Of a DNA stretch of 64,000 nt, positions 41,451-53,887 are shown in pieces (the stretch's first letter is position 1; each line of letters begins with the position of its first letter). The position numbers and the translations under genes are program-made. This DNA is from the human T2T-CHM13v2.0 reference genome, Homo sapiens: NCBI RefSeq assembly GCF_009914755.1, contig NC_060926.1; one strand, given 5' to 3'. The notes below the pieces were generated by a model that was not told where the DNA came from, made no database searches, and worked only from the letters and a program-made list of their open reading frames with translations.

Positions 41451-41949
41451 ACTTGAGTATCATCACCTAAAGAGCTTTTTAGTATTCGCCTTAAAATCTG
41501 AACAGAATAACATTAAACATTTCATTTTTAAGTTGTTTATTTAAAACTTTTGTATACTGAGTCCATATAAATCTGTTTTCTCATTAAAGCAGGATTCTAA
41601 TACAATTTTATATTTTAAATAGCAATGAAATGTGCATGTAGAATCAGTCAGCTAATATAGGCAGGAAAATGACCCAACATTTTAGTCATCGTTGAGTCTT
41701 CTTTTAGAAGTGACTACTAGAGTGACATATGAGAGTAAGCTACTGAATGTTGATATTCCCCTAGCTTGGCTTGTTCATTGGGCAATTGAGATTCTAATAG
41801 CTTTCAGGCAATACCTCCCTGAATATCTGCCTACTTATGCTGCAGAGCTGACAGATGTCTTCTGTGTGTCCTTGAGAGAGTGAGGCCATTAGATGTGAAG
41901 CCTAAAGGATCCTTGCCACTTTCTGTGCTGCAGAATGGCCTCTCTTTGT

Positions 41950-42204
41950 TTTTTTTTTTTTTTTTTTTTTTTTTTTTGAGACAGAGTGTTGCTCTGCCCG
42001 GATTCAAGCAATTCTCCTGCCTCAGCCTCCCAAGTAGCTGGGACTACAGGCATGTGCCACCATACCCAGCTAATTTTTGTATTTTTAGTAGAGACAGGGT
42101 TTCACCATGTTGGCCAGGATGGTCTCAATCTCTTGACCTCGTGATCCACCCGCCTCGGCATCCCAAAGTGTCAGAATTACAGGTGTGAGCCACTGAGCCC
42201 AGCC
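41950..42204 (-). mobile_element. AluSc with ~50-bp internal deletion
   Basis: ggccaggatggtctcaatctcttgacctcgtgatcc diagnostics; TSD ct(c/t)tctttgttttt. Confidence 0.92.
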
Positions 42205-42748
42205 CTTTCTTTGTTTTTGACTCTCTTCTTTCATCTCTGACTTGCACACCTCAGTTTTCACTGCTCACTGCCCTAGCACCATTTCTAGTTGCTGCAATTG
42301 CTGATCTCTAGTTTTCTTGTTTCTTTGGCCTCCTGCCACTTCTGTCTCACTTCTCAGCCTTGTATGGAAGGGATGACTTTTCACAGACAACTCCTGCCAA
42401 TTGGGTTTAATCTTTGGAGCTTCAGATCCTCTTGGCAATATGTCTCTCTTCCTCACCACACAGGGAGGCTGCTTTTTTTGCTCCTTAAATTGATTGCATT
42501 TTAACCTTGACTATGTTTAGTTCAGCAGTCATTAGAGACGCTTGATGTTCTGGAAAGCTGGTCCCTAGATGACTAAACTTTTACTTTGAGTGTGAATTTT
42601 AATAGCATTTTCTCAAAGTCTTGTGGAACATCTCAGTGGCTGAATTATTTTTCAGTGCTCTAACAACCAAGGATAAGACGCAGAGTACACTTTCAAATGT
42701 TTTATTTAGATGAATCATTTCACAGAAGTGAGGTGCATGCATTTCCTC

Positions 42749-43346
42749 TGTATTAGTTTTCTAGGGCTTCCATAACAAAGTATCACAAACCACATGGCTT
42801 AAAACAACAGAAATTTACTTTTTAACAGCTCTGGAGGCTAGAAGTCCAAAATCAAGATGTTGGCAAGGCCACACTTCCTTTGAAACATGTAGGGAATAAT
42901 CCCTCCTTGCTTCTTCCTAGCTCCTGGTGGTTTGCTGTTCATCTTTGGTGTGCCTTGACTTATAGCTTCAGTCCTTTCATCTCTGACTCTGTTGTCATAT
43001 GTGATCTCCCCTTGTATTCTGTATCTGGTCTCTTCTTTTTTTCTTTTTCTTTCTTTATGTACTGTTAGAATCTCACTCTGTCACTCAGGCTGGAGAGCAG
43101 TGGCATGATCATGGCTTACTGCAGCCTCAACCTTCTGGGCTCTAATGATCCTCCCGCCTCAGCCTCCTGTCTTCTCTTCTTGTAAGGACACCAGTCATAT
43201 TGGATCAGGGAACACCTAATTCAACATGACCTCATCATAACTCAATTATATCTACAAAGACCCCTGTTTCCAAGTAAGGACGAATTCGTAAGTATTGGAA
43301 GTTAGGATTTTGACATATATTTTAGGGAGATACAATTAAACCCATT
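42749..43346 (-). mobile_element. MLT1 (MLT1C-like) solo LTR interrupted by an Alu fragment
   Basis: tgtattagttttctagggc...ggcttaaaacaacagaaattta; aaggacaccagtcatattgga; ends acaattaaacccat. Confidence 0.88.
43036..43168 (-). mobile_element. AluJ 3' fragment
   Basis: caggctggagagcagtggcatgatcatggcttactgcagcctcaacc; tctcttctt on both flanks. Confidence 0.85.
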
Positions 43347-43352
43347 TGAATC

Positions 43353-43793
43353 TGTGTGAGTCAGGGTTATCTAGAGGGACAGAACTAATGGAATATATAT
43401 GTATGTGCAGGAGTTTATTAAGTATTAACTCATGTGATCACAAGGTCCCACAATAGGCCATCTGCAGGCAGAGGACCAAGGAGAGTCAGTCTGAGTTCCA
43501 AAACTGAAGAACTTGAAATCTAATGTTTGAGGGCAGGAAGCGTCTAGCACGAGAGAAAGATGAAGGCTGGGAGGCTAGGCCAGTGTCTTCTTTCCACATT
43601 TTTCTGCCTGTTTATGTTCTAGCTGTGCTGGCAGCTGATTAGATTGTGAGGACCTAGATTAAGGATGAGTCTGCCTTTCCCAGTCCTAACTCAAATGTTA
43701 ATCTCCTTTGGCATCACCCTCACAGACACACCTAGGATCAATACTTTGTATCCTTCAATCCAATCAAGTCAACACTCAGTATTAACCATCACA
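43353..43793 (-). mobile_element. MLT2A1 (HERV-L) solo LTR
   Basis: cagggttatctagagggacagaactaat...cagtattaaccatcaca; TSD gaatc/gaacc. Confidence 0.9.
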
Positions 43794-45389
43794 GAACCCA
43801 ACCCATTGAATAATACCATGTGCCAATGATCTCTCAAATGAGCATGGCAGAGGTGTATATTGAAGATGCAATCGTTGATTTTTTTTTTCAGGTACATATG
43901 TGGAGAGGTGTCAGCGAAAACTTTTTTTTCTCTTCTCCTATACCAATTGTTATCTTTTTACTCCCTAGCTCCTCAAAACATACTCTCAATTTGTAATTTA
44001 TTGTTAGAAAGTAGAAAGTGTGTTTTTTTTTAAAAAAAATCAACAGTTGGAAATGTTTTTCAACATTTAGCCTATGGGAAAATAATACTTTTAGCCTATG
44101 GGAAAATAACACAACTCCAAAAGATCTATAATTTCATTGTTCAGGCTTTTGTAATTTCCAAACATGGCTTATTTTATTTTTAGAAAATTACCCAGTTTAA
44201 ACAAAAGAGACTAATATTATGCAAGGTGATTTTCTACAATATTTCTGATTAAGACTGATTATGAATATTTATTATAATAATCCTGGGCCAAGTCCTCTAC
44301 ACTGATTGGTCTTTCTTTGCTGTCCAGAACAGTGATAAAAATGAGATTGATTCCATTTAATAGAATTATACTATACTCAGTAAATGGATTACTACTTTTA
44401 AAAGATTGGAAAATAATAAAGTGAACCAAATATTAAAATTATACTCATTGAGCTCAGTTTAGCCTTTCATTGAGGATTTAATGAAAGTTGAGGGTTTAAT
44501 GAAAGGATTTAAAGTGTATTATTTGGAATAACTAGAATTGTATAGGCTAGCTTTCTACACCTCAAAGAAGAACAAAAGCAGTTTAGATCAGAGGAAAGTA
44601 TGCTGGCCATGGAAGGAAGAATGTAGGAGGGTGGAGGGTAAAGAAAGAAGATGACAGGTTTAGAAGAAGAAAGGAATGTTGTGTTTTCGAAAAATACAGA
44701 AGGGGTTTCCATGCTAGAATGGAATATATGCCAAAACAATAGGAGGCTATATCTGAATAAAAGAGTGATAATTGGTAGAGTTATTTCAGACTAATTATTA
44801 GAGGTTTTGATCTAACATAAGAACATACTCTGATTAGACATTATTATAGGTATTGATTCTCATGATTTGACTAATTTGACAGCTTTAACTCCTGAACATA
44901 AGATGAATAGAAAGTAGGAGATGAAACAAGAAACTGGGGAACTTACACTAAGCACTCTTGTAAGATCTTGGGTGTTATATTAAAAGTGTTGATTATGATA
45001 GTGGCTTTGGAAAGGTAGAGGACTGTGTAGTTATTGAAAATACTGATGAGATTGAATTAGTAGTACTTTACATGAATTCCGTGTAGATGAAAACAGTGCC
45101 ACATGATATTATGTATAAGATAAATGATAGAGACTCCAAGCCATAAAAACACTATTAGTCATCTTTATTAGAAAATACTACTACAACTGTTACTACTACT
45201 TCAGTTGTGCTGCCACCACCATTAGTATTACTACTTAATACCACTTATTACTGGGCGCTTACTATGTGCCAGCTATAAACTGGGCAAAGTTTTTTTATAC
45301 ATATTAATTTATTAATCTTTTAAGCGCACCCTATTCTGAATTGCAGTCCTCTGTACAAAAAGTAAATTGTAATACTTTCTTTAATCATG

Positions 45390-46200
45390 GCGTTTGGCAG
45401 TAAGTGGTCTCATTTCTCTGGAACTGTCTATTTTACTCTAATTTTAAATAATATTTTAGCAAGGTATAAAATTAAAGTTTGCCAATTATTTTTATTCATT
45501 ATGTTGAATATATTGTGCTACTGTCTCCTGGCTTCCATTTTCCATTTCAGAAGGATGCTAACAGTATAATTTTTTATTGTGTTGTGTCTGTCTTTTCTTC
45601 CTAGACAAACTAATACCTTGTCTTTGGCCTTTGAATTCTCCAGTTCTACTATGCAGCTATCAAATATGGACTTCTTTTTACTTATCTTGTTCAGTATGTA
45701 TTGGGCTTCCTGAATAAGAGAATTTATTTTATATTTCAAATGTGGAAAATTACCAGCCATTATCTCATAAAAAGGGCTCTTTTTCATTGTACTTATTCTT
45801 TTCTTTGCAATTCTGATTAGACTTATGCTAGAAAATTCCTCTTTACCCTTAACATACGTATTTTTTCTTATTTCCTATTTCTTCAACTATTTGTGCTTTT
45901 TAAAATTCTTTTGGTTAATTTCTTCAGCTATCTTCTAGTTTTTTTTCTTAGCTGGGTCTAACCTGTTATTTATTTCTTCCTTTGAGATTTTATTTCTATT
46001 ATTTCTAAAGAAAATCTATTTGATTCAGAGTATCATGTCCTTAGTTCATATTTTCAAGTCCTATTCTAGTTCTGTAAATATTTTTAAATATTCATTTAAT
46101 ATTTTCTATCCTATACTTATATTATCTGAAGTTCTTGGATTGTTAATTCTGCCACTAAGCACATCTGTAGTGCTTTCTTGAACTGTATACTAATTTTTTT
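45390..46200 (-). mobile_element. HAL1 or ancient L1M ORF1-region fragment
   Basis: ORF 45518-45787 EIMAGNFPHL...IQEAQ...KAKDKVL resembles the L1 ORF1p RRM region; extent approximate. Confidence 0.65.
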
Positions 46201-46926
46201 ATGAAGACTTATTTGTGAGAGTCCTGTGCTTCCTTTGGAAAAGGGTTCGTTTTCCTTTGGCTAAGGCCACTAAAACATTCTTATCTGAGACTGTTTTTAA
46301 ATAATTTATCTGCTCCATATTTCCCATTCTGTACAGAAAGTATAAAATTATTCTCTACAGACACATGAAGACAATACTGTGTGATAATAAGTTATCATTA
46401 TCAATTATGAATGAAACCATGCAATTTTTCCTGTGACATTTCTTTTCTGGACTGAGACAACAAGTTTCTTTACCATTTGTCTTTGCCACAGGGCATTTTT
46501 TTCCTAGTTAATATTTTTACCGACATAGCACTTTAAGAATATAAATTTTATCTTAGGTGGACAACTGTACAGTTCTATTTTCTGTGAAGGTCAAGACATT
46601 CTCCTATTCCTTGTGTGGCCACGACAACTGTAGCTTATAAGTTATTAACTCTAAAGTTACCAGTACTTCAGAATCAGCTTGCATTATTTCAATCATGCTA
46701 ATTTCTTTTTCTTTCTTGTATTTGTTTATTTATTTTGACTCAGAGGTTTTCCTTCCAGGTATAAAGATGTTTGCTGAACTTTACATGCATTTCCAGGTGT
46801 TTGGAGACTTTTTAAATGCTATTCAATCTCTCACATTCTCTCATCTTACCTTTAAAATGAGCCTATTATAAGAGATATTATTTTATTCATTTTAATGATG
46901 GCATTTTTTTAAAGGCTCCACTTCTT

Positions 46927-47341
<415 letters not shown>

Positions 47342-47356
47342 GAGACTCCCTCTCTT

Positions 47357-47455
47357 ATGTATGTATCTATGCATGTAAGCATGTTTGGAGACAGGGTCTT
47401 GCTCTGTTGCTCAGGCTGGAGTGCAGGTGCGATATCAACTCACTGCAACATCTGT
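47357..47455 (-). mobile_element. AluJ 3' fragment with (TACA)n-like tail
   Basis: gagacagggtcttgctctgttgctcaggctggagtgcag. Confidence 0.8.
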
Positions 47456-48494
47456 TTAGAAAGGCTAAGAAACATGCAGAGTCAAACAAGAAAACAGTAT
47501 CAGAACTGGGACTTAAACTCAAGAAATCTGAGTCCTACTTTTTTATTGGTACATTCTCAGAGACAAAATACAATTATTTGAAGAGCTTGTCCTGCTAATA
47601 ACTTTTGTTTACTTAATATTTTCCTAGAGGAATATTAAATACTATTAGCATTATTAATTTTTTTCCTAATTTTCCTATGGAATGGCAAATAAGCCTAAGA
47701 TTCAGAGGAGTCCCAAGTTCTAACTGAAAAGGACTAGTAAATGATATCTAATTTTTAAGAAGGTGGGAATTTAAAATGATTAATGAAAATCTGTCATGGG
47801 ATGAAATATTAGTCCTTTTTTGTTGCTCCTTTTGGTCTAAATTAGTGGGCACACGTGCAAAATAGGTGCGAAGCAGACTAATCTTTATAGATGATGAATA
47901 ATTTCTCATTCTACTATAAGGTGTGCTTTCTTTAGGAAAGCAATGTGTGATCTTTATATGCGCAATCAACGATCCTTTAAATATGTCTTCAGTCTTAATG
48001 AAGAAACATTAACTGGGACATAACAATGGAATTCATTACCCTCTGCAGAGCAAAGGAAAAGCCAGATGTTTGTGCTTGCTCTTGTACCATTGGCTACCTT
48101 CAGGCTAAGGAAGGCTGTAAAGTTGTCTCTAGTTACAGAACAAAAAGGATTTGGGACTGATTACAACATGATATCCATAATATCATTAGTTGAACATTTA
48201 TAAATCAGGACAAGCATAAATACTTATATGTCTGAATTCACTGTGAGAGAAAATGGTCTTTTTCTTTTGCATCTCCTACTTTATATATCCCTTCATAATT
48301 TTGTTTCAATAGTGTTTCAGTTCTTTCAAATTATGGTTCATGAAAACATCATTTTAGTATCAGGATTTTATTTAGATTAGTTTTCAAAAATAAAGCCACA
48401 AAGTAATTATAAACATATACATTTGGCATTGGTGTTTTAACTATGTCTTGGTATATTTTTACTATTTTTGTTGGCATATAACCATGTGTGTTAT

Positions 48495-49105
48495 TTTAGA
48501 AATGGTTAAAAGCCCAAATTCTGTAGCTAGCCTTTCTAGATTAAAATCCTCATTCCATTACCTAATGTTTTTTAGCCTCTGGCAAAACTAGCCTTTCTGT
48601 GCCTCAGTCTCTTCATGTACGAAATGGGAACAGTACCCCATGGAGTTTTAAATGAGTATTAAATGAGTAGATATAAGGCTTAGAACAGTATCTGGAACAA
48701 GGGAAGCACCATGTTAGGGTAAGCTATTATTATTGCTATTACTAGCATCATCCGCTTCTAAGTCATCATTGTTATCATCATCATCATCATTGTCATCTCC
48801 ACTCCCTTGTGTTATAAGTTTTTCTAACAGTACACCCTTGGCTTAGAGCTTCTCTTTGCATCAAGGTTACTAAGATCACCGACTTTCAGACTTACATCTC
48901 AGGACTGAAGCTGACTATCTCATGTGACCTTAAACAAATTAATGAACAATTTAAATTTAGCCGTAGTTTTGGGTGTGTGTTTTTTTTTTTAAATCTTTGA
49001 AATGGAGCTAGTGTCATCCACCTCACTGTGAGATTTTATATTTATAAAGTGCTTAGTATTTTGCCTGGTATCTACTAAGTACATTATAAAAGACAGCTGT
49101 TATTG
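48495..49105 (+). mobile_element. Two MIR copies (~48495-48735 and ~48860-49105)
   Basis: ctgtgcctcagtctcttcatgtacgaaatggg core; tgtgaccttaaacaaatta; aaagtgcttag. Confidence 0.75.
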
Positions 49106-51252
49106 TATTTTACATCATAGAATTCAAAAGCATCATTGAAATTGTTACTTATTTATTCTTAGTGTCTCGAGCAGAGGGAGATGTGCCAAAAGTAACTGGA
49201 AGAGAAGAGGTGACATTGTTTAATCTCAAAGAGATCCACACAGAGTATGGCAAAATAGATTTGTACAATGCTGCCATTTTTAGATATAATCTCTAACTAC
49301 ATCTGTTGATTATTGAAATTATTAGGTTTGAGGAATCTCAATTGTAATTTAAATGTGTAACAATGGGGCAAAAGAAGCCTTAAGGCTAAATTCTGTGAAT
49401 GGTTTCATTCACTGGTTTTGCCAGCTATTGGTGCCAAAGCATTAACTGGAGTATTTAAGAAGTGTGCACTTTGGTGGAAAGTTGATGTGATGTGTGTATG
49501 CTCATGCATTTACACCTGAAAGGATTCTTTAACTTGGAATTGTGTGTGGATAACAAATAGATCTATTAAAAATTACTGAAACCACACTCCTTCTCAGGAA
49601 TTAAAGTTGACTACTCATTGTTTCTACAGGACATCCGGTAATGGATGCATGCTGGATTCATACCTGGCCTTCTTTTCTATGTTAATATAGCAGCCTTGGA
49701 TTAGCATGACAGAGTGGTGGCCTCCGTGAGGGCATGAACTGGATCAGCCTGGGCTGCCATTGTCCCCGTCCAGTATGTCACGATGCCTACTTCTTCCTTC
49801 ACGGCCCTAAATACTGCCTGGAAGTGGCTTAGAATTTTGCTTGTTAAACCTAGGTTTCTGCTCAGTAATGCTTAAGCTTTCTGTCTCTAAAATACAAGCT
49901 CTCTGCATCTACAGCTTATCTGGCATCTGTATTTTCTTACCCAGCCATACCTTTAAACTCCTTTTGGTGAATAAAGCCACTTGCTGTTCAGAGTAGGAGT
50001 TGAAAACGAACTTTCCCTTCATTGTTCAAAACCAGTTCTCGTACTTACCACGATGAAACACCCTCCAGCAGTGCCCCAACACAATTGCTAAATTACTCCA
50101 ACTCCAACTCCATAATGTGTAAATGACAAAGAATTAAACAACCATGAGTGTTTGCTTAAAAAAAAATCCATGTTAGCTTATTAATCCTTATTGTAATGTC
50201 ATACAGAGTAGAATGCGAACATCAGCAGGCTAGGTTATTCTCTCTATAGGCAGACCTATGTGGGAAGTTAAATTGTACTCCCAATGTGAGTTTTTAAATT
50301 TGTAGTGAAAAATATATTTGCCTAGGGACTGTGTACCTACGTTCACTGGCAGGTACAAACAGTGCAATTTTCAAGTCATTTATAATGATTTTCTCATTTT
50401 CCTTTAAAGGAAATAAACACTAAGAAGCACAGAATGGGGCTCCCTTTTCTTGGAAGCAGCCTGCAAGAGGCAGGAAGACCCTGAGACTGCCAAGATAATC
50501 TCAGAATGAGTCAAGATTGAATTGTTAATACACCAAAGAATATCCAAAAAGTCTGAAAATACAGGAAAAATTGATTCTACTTATTTTCAGTTTAACAATA
50601 GGATCCCTGCTTTATATTTTGATGTACTTCATAAGAATAGTGTCTGGAGATTGAAGGAAAAAATATGGAGCATATTATTTGAAAATTTAACTAGCTTTGA
50701 AATAAATAATTTTGTCCAATATTTCCTGACGTTTTGGATACTCTACATTATTTTGTCTGAGTTAGTGGGTCACATTTCCAGTAGTAGGAGACAAAAGGGT
50801 AAAATTCACTGACTTCCTGTGATCTTCATTCTTTCGTTTATTACTGTACATCTCCCTCCAACTTCATGCAACTGGTGTGGTAAGTTGGGGCCTCTTGGCC
50901 TCAGAAATCCTGTTAGAAGTAAAATGGGGCCCAACAGAGAGGGACCTTTGGCCCTAAAGCCCGCTTTTCATTTAGGTCTTAATGTTAGGAGGTTAGAGAT
51001 GCCTTGAACTTGAACTATTGATGCAGGCTTGCTCAATATGAGGCCGAAGGACTGCTTGATGATCAGCAGTGTATTTTCCTGGGACATTTTCATCTATACT
51101 CTTTGTCTTTTAGAAACTCATCTATACTCTTTGTCTTTTAGAAACTTAGCCAGGAGTGTGGGCTGGGGAGTGGGCTGTGTGTGACTGATCTCTGCCATCT
51201 CTCAAAGTCATGATTAAAAGCTGCCATGGGAGGGATAAAGAATGAAAACAAA

Positions 51253-51254
<2 letters not shown>

Positions 51255-51298
<44 letters not shown>

Positions 51299-51387
51299 TT
51301 GTGTGTATCTGTATATACATTGTGTATATATATTTGTGTGCATTTGTGTGTGTGTGTGTATATATATATGTGTATATATATATATAT
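51255..51387. repeat. Compound (CA)n/(TG)n/(TA)n microsatellite
   Basis: Seen directly. Confidence 0.95.
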
Positions 51388-53551
51388 GCACCCTTACCTT
51401 TTATGATAACTGACTAAGTACCCCCTACATACTCATGATTCCCAACTCCCTAAACACAGCTGCTTTTTTTTTTTTTTTTTGAATTTCTAAATGTCCACTT
51501 AGGGGGCATTTCTCTATAGTTGTTCTGCAGGTGATTCTTGTTAGTGGGTCTTTCAGAACCATCAAGCTGGAAGTAAGTAGGGCAGAAATTGTGACTTCAT
51601 GTTGAATATCTAGGACCTAGAAAGTGTCTGCTACATGGCAAGTGCTTAATAAATGCTTATTGAATAAATAAAAGGATGAATGAAATGATATATAATTATA
51701 TACTTTGTACACAAGCACACATATAGCTATGTTCATATCATCAATGGTGCGCACTAAGAGAGTAAGGACAAGATGTCACTGCTATCCAAATCTCCCAAAT
51801 TTCCCTCACCCTTAAGGCTGCATGTCAGGCTGTCGGAACATTTTTTTCCCTTTCAAGGTTGATGTTTGTTTTAACTTTATTTTACTTATTTTAAAAATGT
51901 ATTTTTGAGTTGGAAGGAGAGAAGCCCATCTGAGATTCATCATGACCCTAGTGACAAGCTATTGATCACAGGAGTGAAGAAAGCTTTGATAGCACATTTT
52001 GGCAGTTTGTCATATTGGATTTAGGGTTTTTAGTTACCTTAAATCAATTTCGTTCATTACCCATTGTCAGATCTTCTTGCTGCACAAATATATTTTTATT
52101 AGCTGTGTTTTATTATGGTTTATACACTGATATTCATTTAAATGTTATGTCTTCTTTAAATCCTCTTAATATAGGAAATAGAATGGTGGTGACGTGGGGA
52201 CCTCCCACAGTTTAGTAAAGAGGCCTTGTGGCTATAATCGCATTTAAGAAACGACCATTTCTCTGTGAAGAATGGAAAAATCAGTGGTAGGTCAGAAATT
52301 AAAGGCTATGCCATTTAAATCCTAAAACCTGATCATTCTAGTCTTTTCACCCACAAGCCAGTGAGGAAAATCAGTTTTCCCCACGTTGCATTTTAAAATA
52401 TAACTTAATTGAGCTGTAATTTTATAGCATCATTTACCATGTTCATGATACCAATTACTTGGAACATTTTTTCTAGTTTTGAAATATGTGGTAGAATTTT
52501 CTATCTTTAATCAACTTTTCTCATTCTGAGAATTGTTCCTGTGCTTTGTTTAGCCAAAGACTCCTTTAGAAAAAGCTAGATTGACTTCTTATTTTACTGT
52601 GTAGCAATTTCAAGCCTGGTTTATTTAGCTGTAGTCTATAAGATGCAAATTATAAAATGTGCCTTTTTTATACTTCTCATTTGCTTTTCTCTCCGATTGT
52701 ATTTTAGTTGATATGAAATCAGTGATGCGAGTATTATTCAAGTATTATTCAGTTTTACTAATGAAAATTTGGAGATGCCGTAATGACTTACAAATACATA
52801 CACATAAGTGGAGTATCAAGACATCCAAACTGATATACAAAGGCTTCAACTATATGGACTAACTTGGGGACAGTAAGTTGTGAATTTGTGAAACTGTATC
52901 AGAAACAGAATATTTCCTCCAAAGTATATGGAACTGCAGCAAATACAAATATCAGAGTTGAGAGACCCAGCTTCTGGTCTGGACTGTGCCCTTAGTTGAT
53001 TATTTGAGCTTGAGAAAGCCATTAAAGATTTTGATAGTTATTTTCTGAAATTCAGACATTGAGTTCCACCAATGAGCTCACAGTTAATGTCTTTCAAATA
53101 TATGTAGTAATTTAGATACTGAAATAGCTCAGAGTAACTTGTGACTGTTTTAATTGTTTTTATAACAAGCTAGAAACCAGATCTATTTCTTCCAAAGCAG
53201 ATTAGAAATATCTTTTTATATGTACATGTTAATTGGCTTAAAAAGTAGTGTGGGAACAAACAAATCATCTTGACTTGAATGATTAGTAGATATTTAATAT
53301 TTGGAAACCTGGAGAGAGTTGTTTGCTCATTTTTTAATGTCAGTTGTTCTTTTTATAATGCAACCTCAGCATTAGTTCTCAGGCAATGGCTAATGAGCAT
53401 TCATCTTGACATTTCCCTTCTTAAAGGACATTTAAACAAACTTCCCAAGATCTACCCTATAGAAGAGAAGATTATATTTTTATGTGTGGTTCAGAAGAGC
53501 GTATCAAAGACCAAATAGAAGAAAAAAATGTTAACAATTGAAGCTATCACA

Positions 53552-53887
<336 letters not shown>

